A stretch of DNA of 64,000 nucleotides from Octopus vulgaris (Eukaryota): NCBI GenBank assembly GCA_951406725.2, contig OX597817.1, forward strand, positions 85,808,001-85,872,000. The letters are read 5' to 3'. The notes below the pieces were generated by a model. That model had not been told where the DNA came from and searched no databases. It was given only the letters and a program-made list of their open reading frames with translations. Below are positions 27,583 through 37,879 of this stretch, piece by piece. Positions within the stretch are counted from its first letter, which is position 1. The number at the start of each line of letters is the position of its first letter. A program made the translations under genes and the position numbers.

Positions 27583-27810
27583 CTTTCAAAATAAGATTCA
27601 ATAACAAATGCGAGAATGTAGAGGCTATTTTTTATATCTAGATGTTCTGACACCTGTTCCTGTTCATCAGATTTGTTCACAAAGGAATGGGAGTTTGTTG
27701 TTGTTTTCTTTTCTGTAGTAAGTTGCATAAAATTACATAGAGATAGCATAATCAAGTAGAGCTTAAGCATTCCCTTGGTGCATTCAAAAATAATAATGCC
27801 ATCAATATAC
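27583..27810 (-). other. Candidate internal exon of an unidentified minus-strand transcript
   Basis: ttttgtttag|G..AG|gttaag, 228 nt, phase 2-2, open frame throughout; no recognisable homology. Confidence 0.22.
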
Positions 27811-28021
27811 CTAAACAAAATCATAGGGTTTTAATGCCTGATTCAGAAGAGCTGTCTTCAAAACAATTCCTTGCAAATTTCAATCATTACCATTGTTGTC
27901 AGTATCTAATTTAATTCAGAGGCTGACCTTTATATTTGAGAGTATTTCTGTAATCAGCAGACTTTGTATGATTCACAAAACACTCATCAGTGCACTATTT
28001 TAAGTTAATGTTCCCAGTATA

Positions 28022-29314
28022 TGAGAGGTGTTCATTAAAGATTTCTACTGACTCACTTCTGGTTATGGCAGGAAATGGAACTTGTACAGGTATAATCATA
28101 CATGTCTCTACATGTCACATTGTAAATTGCAGATTTCCACTAGTATTCGTGTGTCTGTTATGGCTGCTGAAGTGGACTAAGGTGTTATAATTGAGGCAGT
28201 TGAATGCAGATCATTGATCAGGTTCTTATACTTGAAAGGTCATACACCAAAAGAGACTTTCAATAAAATGAAAGAAGTTTATGGTGACAATGTGCCATCA
28301 TACAACCTAGTCAAGCACAGGCATCACCAGTTCAAATGTGTCGGACATCAGTAGAAACTGCTCCTATTCCTGGATGACTACATTCTGCCATTGATGACAA
28401 CACTATCCATAAAGTGGAAGCTGCTATTTTGGAGGATCGCCACATAACTATTCAGCAACTAGCCCAAGAAGTGAAGATAAGTGTAGGGTCTGTGGAAAAA
28501 ATCATTCACGACCATTTGAACATACAGAAGTTGTCTGCACAATGGATTCCCCAGATGCTCACATCTTTTCAGAAGCAGGAATGAGTCAATTGCTCCCAGG
28601 CTCTTTTGGCAATTTGCCAAAAATACAAAGAGGACTTTTTTGGCAGACTTATCACACAGGATGAAACATGGATCCATCACTATGATCCTGAGACTAAAGT
28701 CCAGCTGAAGCAATGGAAGTATGATAACTCACTACCTCCAAAGAAGGCTCATGTCCAACCTTCAGCAAGCAAGGTGATGCTCACAGTCTTTTGGGACCAT
28801 TACGGAATAGTGATGATGGATTTTCTGCCAAAGGGCACCATAATTACCTGGGTATATTATGCTTCTCTGCTGTAAAAATTGCAAGACGCCATCAAAGCAA
28901 AGAGGCATGGGATACTAACCAAAGGAGTCTGCCTCCTCCAAGACAACACCCCAGTTCACAATGTGCATGTTGCCCAGACAAAAGCACACTCCTGCAGCTA
29001 TGAAATCCTTCCTCATCCCCCTTACTCTCCCAATCTCACACCATCTGACTTCCACCTCTTTCCAACCATGAAGTCTTTTTTGAAGGGGAAGCACTTTTCA
29101 AATGATGATGAACTTATTTCCAAGGTAAAGTCTTGGCTCCTGATGCAACCTGCCAACTTCTACAGACAAGGTCTCCACAGTAACATAAAGCAATGGTAGA
29201 AGTGTGCCACCATTGGTGGTGGCTATGTAGAGAAGAACTAACAATTATGCCAAGTTTCGTTTATCCCAGTCCTTGGGAAGTGGGTCAGGGGAAATCTTTA
29301 ATGAACACCCCTCA
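28022..29314 (+). mobile_element. Full-length mariner (DD34D) transposon with pseudogenised transposase
   Basis: TA-flanked TIRs tgagaggtgttcattaaagatttc / gaaatctttaatgaacacccctca. Motifs WIPQML, ITQDETWIHHYDPETK, LQDNTPVH, HPPYSPNLTPSDFHLF; stops and frameshifts present. Confidence 0.95.
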
Positions 29315-30578
29315 TAAAAATGTCTTTCATTTCCTTTAAAATGACTTCTCACGAGGCCTTTATGAGATCCTTCTTTTTGTCAAAATGTAGATGTATACAA
29401 TTATACAGAACCCATTTGTGCACACTCAAACACGGAAAGATCTTCATTCAGATACTGTCTCAGTGAAAACCTCTAGAAAATACGTGTGAAATACATAACT
29501 CAGGAAAATGAATGATATCATTGGGCCATAGAACACATCTCTATCATTATGCTTCATCAGCTATGGACCCCAAATTCATCATTCATAGCCCATTTAAACT
29601 GCTGCTCTTATATCTAAACGACAAATGATAAATTTACTGGTTTGTGCAAAGCTTTGTCAAGATGGAATTAATTAATTTGAGACACATAAAGCAGTAATGA
29701 TTAAAATAGAAATGTGGACAATTATATTTAACATTAAATTGTAGTTAAAATTAGGTCTTTGCTAAATAAATTTCCTCCCAAACCATAATTTTATTTCAAG
29801 AATGATGCTTTGTTGTATCAGATAAATTATAAAATCCATTCTGAACAAACAAATTAATATTTGATGTGGAACTGTGCCTGATACCAGGACCTCTAAAGTT
29901 CAACTGTTTTGTCTAGAGCTAAATAACAATTATATCTGTCTATTTTATCTTTATTATATATCAACAACAACTTGTACTTGCATCTATTTGATAAAACAAT
30001 ATCGTTGTAAATCAAATACTAAATCTATTCTTTTAAGGAAGAGAAAAATATCAAATTCAAGTTGTATCGTATATGCTATTTGAGTAAAGGGAAAGGTTAC
30101 TGAACAAGGAAAATAAATTAAAAAATCTATTGGAGAACACCAAATTATTTGAGAAATATTCATAAGACTTGAAAAATATTTTCCGATGAAAGTTTTGGCT
30201 GAGTTGCAATTCATATTGATCTTTTATATCAGTGATAGGTACAAATTAAAGATTGATAGTAAATAAACAATAATTCTAGAAGGATAAAAAAAATAATCAT
30301 AGTGTTTTCATATTATAATAATAATATAGACTTATATTTGTTTTGTTTGGCCTTTTTGCTATCTTTCTGGGAGAAGGGAGGGTTTAAGTATAAAACAACC
30401 AAAGTGATATTTTAGTCAAGCAAATTAGCTGGAACATTTCCTACTCTTAATGAAGGAATTAACAACTGCCAGACAACAGTAAGCAGCTTAATAACCAAGA
30501 AGTGTATAGGAATAGCAATACAGACATTAGAAACAGTTTCTTATTAAAGCTGAAAACGTCTAACTGGATTACACACAC

Positions 30579-30610
<32 letters not shown>

Positions 30611-30654
30611 CTTGCTTCTATCACTCAGTAATGAAATAACTATAGTTATATATA

Positions 30655-31635
30655 TCATCATCATTGTTTAACGTCCACTTTCCACACTAGCATGGGTTGG
30701 ACGGTTTGACTGAGGACTGGCAAGCCAGAAGGCTGCACCAGGCTCCAATCGGATCTGGCAAAGTTTCTACAGCTGTATGCCATTCCTAACGCCAACAACT
30801 CTGAGAGTGTAGTAGGTGCTTTTTACATGCCACCAGCACAAGGGCCAGTCAGGAGACACTGGCAATGATCACACTCAAATGGTGCTTTTTACGTGTCACC
30901 AGCACAGGACCAGTCAGGTGGCACTGGCATCGACCACGCTCAAATGGTGCTTTTTATGTGCCACAGCCATGGGTGCCAGTCAGGCAGTACTGGTATCAGC
31001 CATATCAATGACTTCACTTGACTTAACAGGTCTTAGCACACACAGTTTATTGCTCAATGAGTGAAGGGTACTCTTAAATGGGCCAGTTATGCTGCACTGG
31101 CATAGGCCAAAGTTACGGTCTCACCTGGCTTGCTGGATCTTCTCAAGCACAACATATCTCCAAAGGTCTCGCTCATTTGTCATCACCTCTGTGAGGCCCA
31201 ACATTCGAAAGTCATGCTTCACCACCTCATCCCAGGTCTTCCTGGGCCTACCACTTCCACAGGTTCCCTCTACTGCTAGGTTGTGACACTTTTTCACACA
31301 GCTGTCCTCATCCATACGCAACATATGATCATACCAGCACAGTCGTCTCTCTTGCACACCACATCTGATGTTTCTTATGTCCAACTTTTCTCTCAGGGTG
31401 CTTACACTCTGTCATGCATGCACACTGACATTAGACATCCAGCTGAGCATATTAGCTTCATTTCTTGCAAGCTTATCCATGTCCTAAGCAGTTACAGCCC
31501 ATGTTTCACTGCCATGTAACATGGATGTTCGCATACGTGCATCATACAGTCTACCTTTTACTCTGAGTGAGAGGCCCTTTGTCACCAGCAGAAGTAGGAG
31601 CTCTCTGAACTTTGCCCAGGCTATTCTAGCAACTA
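30655..31635 (-). mobile_element. 5'-truncated RTE-clade LINE
   Basis: RRLCWYDHMLRMDEDSCVKK..VEGTCGSGRPRKTWDEVVKHD..RDLWR (RTE C-terminus), contiguous with the 3' UTR and (GAT)n tail. Confidence 0.85.
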
Positions 31636-31659
31636 CACTATATATATATATATATATAA

Positions 31660-32231
31660 ATCAAAATCAAACCAAATCAAAATAGATGAACATCAATGGA
31701 ATTTGTATCTTTGTGGTACCAGTGCCGGTGGCACATAAGAAAACCATCCGAACGTGGCCGTAGCCAGTACCGCATCGACTGGCCTCCGTGCTGTGGGCAC
31801 GTAACAAACACCATCCGATCGTGGCCTTTCGCCAGCCTTGTCTGGCACCCGTGTCGGTGGCACATAAAAAAACACCATCCAAGCGTGGCCGTTCGCCAGC
31901 CTCATCTGGCACCTGTGTCGGTGGCACATAAAAAACACCATCCGAGCGTGGCCGTCCGCCAGCCTCGTCTGGCACCTGTGTCGGTGGCACATAAAAAACA
32001 TCATCCGAGCGTGGCCGTTCGCCAGCCTCGTCTGGCACCTGTGTCGGTGGCACATAAAATCACCCACTACACTCTCGGAGTGGTTGGCGTTAGGAAGGGC
32101 ATCCAGCTGTAGAAACACTGCCAGATCTGACTGGCCTGGTGCAGCCTTCGGGCTCCCCAGACCCCAGTTGAACTGTCCAACCCATGCTAGCATGGAAAGC
32201 GGACGTTAAACGATGATGATGATGATGATGA
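31660..32231 (+). mobile_element. RTE-related 3'-end element with expanded 63-bp internal tandem array
   Basis: About 5 units of gtcggtggcacataaaaaacaccatccgagcgtggccgttcgccagcctcgtctggcacctgt, then the common core and (GAT)n tail. Confidence 0.88.
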
Positions 32232-32239
32232 TATATATA

Positions 32240-34545
32240 TAAATCAAAGTGTACAGTATTATATATCAATTACAACCGATATTACCAATTAGTTTCATAC
32301 TAGGAGTTCAATGGAGTGTTAGATAACAGTTCAATTATGTAACCTTGCACTCTTCAGAGGTAGCAGTTATGGAATGAAACATGGCAACTGCTCTCTATTG
32401 TTGAAGGTGAATAGAAACATCCAGTTTGTGATTGCTGTGAAAAAGATGATGGAATAAATTGAGTAGGGGATTCAGGGGATTAAGTTAAGAGCTATGACGC
32501 TTGCTATCAAATCATCATCTCTGGGGGTGGTTTCGTTGCAAGAGTTTTCTGGAAAAGTGATTGTGGGAAATGTATGTGTCTTTAAGGTTGGTGTTCTTGT
32601 GGAAATGGAATGTGTGTAGTGGTATTATATATATATATCAATCCTTTGCAAGGTGGGGTCCATACACATCTGTGTTCGTTAGTGTGTTTCCTTTCTTTTA
32701 TGTTTTTGGTTAAATTTATGGAGCATTTATGTATGCATGCGGTGTATACAGGGGTACAATATGCGGGGGGGAGGCTTATATTGGGAGTGGTGGAAAAGAG
32801 TCTATTGAGTGGGTGCAGCCGTGCTGGGACATGTGTATTTGTTTGTGAGTGCACTCCCTGGTATTGGTAGAGAGTCAAAGTTGGAGGGTTGGTGATTATA
32901 GCCAGGATGGGGCATGCAAGTATGATAGGATGTACTTCCTTTTATGTGGGCAAAGATAAGAATTTCACTTCTGCTATTCAGCTAAATGGCTGGGTGCTCT
33001 TTAAAATCATTCTTCTCTCAGCCAGGCATAATCTGTACTTCCTGCTGCTATTGAAGTATGCTTTACATTTCTCTAGAATCTTCTACTTTATGCTGTACCT
33101 GATGGCAATTTTCCTTCAATAACCATATGTGCATGGCTAGGTTTGTGGTGTTACATCTCTCCAGGACGTTGAAAGAAGACTTGTGCTTATTATAGCGGGT
33201 TCTGAAGGGACCTTTAGTTATTCCCACATATTTTCACATGTTTGGTTGCCCATTTAGTCCTATTGCTATTTCATGTGCCTTGTATATGACAGTCTCCATG
33301 TTACAGTGTCCATTCAGAGGACATGTTGTTTCAACCTTACATGAGCATCTTGCCTCGGTCTCAGATGCGAGCCTATCCACTAAAATCTTTTTTACATTGG
33401 GTGCACAACTAAAGGAAACTTGCAAGGTGTGCCTATTAAATATTTTGCTGAACCTGTTTCTAGGGAAGAAATGCTTGCCTACTTAGCTAAGGAATAATCT
33501 TACCTACTCAGGTTTTAACACTTAAAGAGAAGGGCAGTGTGAACCGCAACACTTTCTAGTGGTGCTTTTTCTTGGAGGGGTTAGGGTCTGGTGTGTAACT
33601 AATTCTATCCTTGAAACCACTGGCAGCCAGAGCCTCATTGTAGTATGGGACAGCATCATCAAAAATCTCTTTGCTTGAAGACAAGTTGGAGATTATTCTG
33701 CTGACACCCTTTACCAGGTTCTTGAAAACTATGGCTGGATGACAGGAACCTGTGTTAATATATGGTAGCTTCTCATTTGGCTTCCTAAAGGACCTATTGG
33801 AAATCCATCATTTTCAGGTTGGTTTCTATTGTGACCTTCAGTGCTGGTGAGGTCCTTTCTAGGCTTATCTAGCATGTAGCCATTTAACCCTCTTGATATT
33901 GCCAGTGTGTCATCCCTGTAGAAGCTAAAGCTAGTGGAAGGGAACTTTTTTTTGAGAACATCTAGGACAAAAAAAAACCCAACAAGGTCACATACATCAG
34001 TGCTGTTGAAAGCGCCCATTACCACATTGAAGGAGTCTTCTGGGTCAATTCGTTTGACCCAGGCCAACCCGTTACTGAAAAGTAAGGTTCTTCTGACGTA
34101 CATGATAATGCATATGTCCTCATGACCAACTTCAGTGTAGGTCCTAACAAAGTCTAGTGCCTTGAAAAGGAGCTCCCTTGGTATAGATGGGTAGAAGTCC
34201 ACTATATGGAATTGGGTAAACCTAGCTCTATCCCTTCCACTATCAGCTTCTTTCTTCACAATGATTCTACCATATCCTCTATACCTAGTTAAACCACAAT
34301 ACCCTTGGTGTCATAGTTAATGCTATCATAAGTTTGAGGAGCAACCCTCCTGTAAATTTATGTAATGCTGTTAAGTAGCTGTGCATATGTGTCATTACTT
34401 ACTCTATATAGATTTTTAGTCTTATCAGAGAACAAAAGGATCCTATCAGAAGATCTAAGTCTACTGATGTCTGCTCTAAGTTTACATTGGAAAGCATTAG
34501 AGGACTTAAGGAATTTCAGGTGGGGTATAATGTCCAAAAGGTCAT
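32240..34545 (-). mobile_element. Penelope-like retroelement (RT plus GIY-YIG region), decayed
   Basis: FHIVDFYPSI..SFNVVMGAFNSTDVCDLVG..FYRDDTL (PLE RT); CSC..TCPLNGHCNMETVIYKA..YVGITKGPFRTRYNKHKSSF (GIY-YIG); terminal hammerhead motif. Confidence 0.88.
32281..32362 (-). ncRNA. Degenerate hammerhead ribozyme motif at the 3' end of the Penelope-like element
   Basis: Minus strand: CUGAAGA-GUGCAAGG..CCUAGUAU-GAAA-CUAAUUGG-UA. Helix III is one change from the palindrome ACCAAUUGGU; helix I is poor. Confidence 0.55.
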
Positions 34546-34547
34546 TA

Positions 34548-35806
34548 CAAGGGGGTATCAAAAAGTCTCCAGACTAGTTATGTTTAATAAAAAAAAAACT
34601 TATTTACCTAAGTTTTAACATCATCTCTTTCAAAATAGTCACCTTGCACAACAATACATCAGTCTCAGTGTCCCTGCCACTTTTGGAATCCAGCCTGGAA
34701 GTTGTATTCCATAAGCAAGTGGAGGACCTTCTGCAGTTCAACCTGGATCTCAACAACGGTGTTAAAACGGTAACCTTTGAGCTGCATTCTTTTCTTGGAG
34801 AAGAAATGGAAGTTCGCAGATGCTAAATCTGGCAAAGCGGGTGAGTGCAGAAGCAATACTGTACCATGCTGGTTTTGGCAAGAAACTCACAAGTGAGGAG
34901 AGCTTGGTGACAGGGTGCATTGTCATGAAGAATTCAATTCTTCATGCTCCACAGATCCAGTCGCTTTCACCAAATGCCCTCCCTCAAATGCTTCAAAATG
35001 GCACAATAGAACTCTCAATTGAGAGTCTGGCCCTGGGGAATGAATTTTCAATACACAATACTGCAGATGTTGAATAAAAATGATGAGCATGCTCTTGATT
35101 GAGCTGTGGGTTTATCATGCCTTCTTCAGTCGTGGAGATAAAGGGCTCCATTGGGATGACTGCTACTTCGTCTCAGGGTTGTAGTCATAGACCCAACTCT
35201 CATCACCAGTGATGATCCTCAACATGAAGGGTGAGTCATCAGCAGCACACTGACAGAGACCTTAGGCTTCAAAGCAATGTTCTTTCCACTCAATGGTCAG
35301 CAAGTGGGAGACATATTTAGCAGAGACGTACTACGCATTCAATTCTGACATTAGGATTGCCTGCACGCACCCATATGACAGACCAACATCAGCGATGTCT
35401 TTGAGTGTACACCGACGATCCTCATGCACAAGCTGATGAAATTTCTCCATATTTCCAGGGTGACGCTCATGGCAGGTCTTCCAGGGATGTTTTTCCATTT
35501 TGAAGCGCCTGTACCACTCGAGACATTGCATACAAACCATTACCTCGTTGCTGTAAACTTGCTCGATGTCTCTGTAAAAGACTTCGCAAGCTTAACACAA
35601 AATTCCACGTTGCCTCTTTGTTCCAACTTCTTGTTCATGACAAAATCGCAGACAACAGCATACACGTGAACACAAAAGCACAAATTTCACAACTTGTGAA
35701 GTAAACACAGCAATGTCACTGCTAGCTCTCACTGAGCACGCAACCGTATGCTGTCATCTGTTGGCGTGCTACAAAATTGGTTCCGGAACTTTTTGATATC
35801 TCCTCG
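34548..35806 (-). mobile_element. Full-length mariner transposon with pseudogenised transposase
   Basis: TA-flanked TIRs caagggggtatcaaaaagt / actttttgatatctcctcg. Remnants LVHEDRR, ITGDESWVYDYNPETK, LPDLASANFHFF. Confidence 0.92.
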
Positions 35807-35959
35807 TATACATCAATTGAGAGGCTTTTGGGAATAATTATGCATAATTCTAAACAGCAATCAATAAAAATAACGAATTAATACTTATGCAGATTAAATG
35901 AGTGATGTCTTTTATCAACCAAGACAATGGCAAGAAAAATGGACAGAATTCCAAGTGGA

Positions 35960-36800
35960 ATTGTTTGCTACGAGAGAGTAGTTAGGGTAGTAGAGTCTAC
36001 TAGCGGAAGTGGTGTACTTCGGTATTGTATCACTCCGCAACTTTAAAAAAGTAATCCCATATTTAAATCGATTTTTCTGATCGTGATTAATACATGTAGC
36101 GAACAGAAAGGAAAATATCAAAATAACTTTAGACTATAAGAAAAGTATCTGGTTGTGTATTTGATATATCTATCAGTATTCTTTTTATACATATGCGCTG
36201 TGAAATTATATAATAACAAGCGTGAACATTTTGACTTCGGACTGTTTCACCATAAATGACGAAGTATTTTTTAATGTAGCTTCAGGACGAATCTTACAAT
36301 TTCTTCGAACAAGTATGTCTTTTCCTTTAACTATTTTCCCTCGTCGTTAAATAAACTACGTTTGTTTATGTACTTATGAATCCGTAACAGCGTGAAACCA
36401 GTAAACATGAATGTGTTTTCTTTTTCTTTCTTCCAAATTCGATATCTTTGAATATTAATTGATAAACATCGATTTCTAAGTTACTTTCTTCCCACTCCTT
36501 TTTATTGCAATAAGATGTTCGGGCAATTTTTAAAACCTAAAGCTAATACATATTTCGAATACTACGTTTCCTTAGTTTCACAGACATACATTACTCAAGG
36601 TGGTGGTGGTGGTGCTTGCCGTTTAATCAATGAACAGTTGACCGCTAAATTTAATGCGTCGAAACATGAAATTTATTAATGAGTTTTTATCGTACACAGT
36701 GTCCGCGAAATATTTTTGTGTGGCCCATTCACTTGTATTTCATGATATTTTTATTTCGTGATATTATTTTTCAACATCGATTAAAAAGAATTTGATTGAA
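35960..36800. promoter_or_regulatory. CpG-enriched, repeat-free candidate promoter / first non-coding exon region, likely of CIAO1 and possibly bidirectional
   Basis: Local excess of CpG in an otherwise CpG-poor window outside young TEs. ETS-like GCGGAAGTG at 36003-36011. The first coding exon of CIAO1 starts at a splice acceptor, so an upstream UTR exon is implied. Confidence 0.5.
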
Positions 36801-37025
36801 TTACTAAGGGCGTTGGGGGGGGGGGGGTTAAGGGAGATAACTCTATGATGTATAAATTCAGTTAAGAATTACACGTGGTGCTGTAAGGGCCACAGCACTT
36901 GCATCTCCATAGAAATTGTTACATCACATGTGGTGAAGTAGTAACCACGTCTCACATATGTGCAGTAGAAGGTCACAGTACTCTCATCTCACTCGTGTTA
37001 CTACAGGAGTCTCGGTAGTCACATC

Positions 37026-37159
37026 CGAGGCCGTCCGCCAGTATTTATATATTTGTAGCAAGTCAAAACATAGCCAGATCAAAATTGGGGCCCCTAGACC
37101 TGTAACCAGTGAGGCACCCTGGCAAAAGCCCAGTGTGCCCATACCTTAAGATAGCGCTG
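37026..37159. mobile_element. hAT-type MITE
   Basis: Perfect 8-bp TSD GTCACATC (37018-25, 37160-67); degenerate cagggccgtc-like TIRs. Confidence 0.65.
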
Positions 37160-37189
37160 GTCACATCTCATAGTGCAGTTGATGTTACA

Positions 37190-37460
37190 CAGTAACTGAC
37201 TGGGTCTAAAAATATTGGTTGCCAAGAGACTACGGGGGTCCACCCGCAACTACAATGCTATAATTTAATTTTTTTTTTTTTTGTTAAAATTATTTTTTCA
37301 ACTGTCTACAAACACATCCAGGCCAAAATAATTAATACATTCTTCCAGGAGTGAATAAAAATTCTCAAATTTGAGGGGATGGGCCCTCATATATGGATTT
37401 TAATGGCGCAGGGGCCCATTTGCCATTGGACAAGCTGGCAACCTGGCCAGTCCGCCACTA
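37190..37460. mobile_element. hAT-type MITE
   Basis: Perfect 8-bp TSD ATGTTACA (37182-89, 37461-68); TIRs cagtaactgactgg / ccagtccgccacta. Confidence 0.8.
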
Positions 37461-37577
37461 ATGTTACATGTCATACAAGTTAGAATTGTTGAAACAAGGA
37501 GATACTCAATATTATCAGCACTAGCACTTGACTGATACTTTATTTTATCAACCCTTAATGGTTGAACTCAGAATATA

Positions 37578-37811
37578 TATTTCTTTATTGCCCACAAGGG
37601 GCTAAACATAGAGAGGACAAACAAGGACAGACAAAGGGATTAAGTCGATTACATCGACCCCAGTGCGAAACTGGTACTTTTATTTATCGACCCCGAAAGG
37701 ATGAAAGGCAAAGTCGACCTCGGCTGAATTTGAACTCAGAACGTAACGACAGACGAAATACCGCTAAGCATTCCGCCCGGTGCGCTAACGTGTCTGCCAG
37801 CTCGCCGCCTT
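37578..37811 (-). mobile_element. Young tRNA-derived SINE (Meta-domain-like) nested in an older copy of the same family
   Basis: CpG-rich copy with gcctttcatcctttcggggtcgataaa core; 13-bp TSD aactcagaatata. Confidence 0.85.
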
Positions 37812-37879
37812 AACTCAGAATATAAAGAGCCAGAACAAATGCTGAAGGCATTTTTCCAGCACTCAAGTTTGCCACCTTA

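Noticed and set aside
27955-27995. CUGAUGA on the minus strand as a hammerhead core or snoRNA C box
   Set aside because: No properly placed GAAA, helices or convincing D box with terminal stem.
29984-30214. 76-aa minus-strand ORF
   Set aside because: No recognisable domain or splice support; expected by chance at this length.
31720-32060. Regular array resembling CRISPR (also 9795-10140 and 20590-20815)
   Set aside because: Units are contiguous with no unique spacers, there are no cas genes, and each array lies inside a eukaryotic TE.
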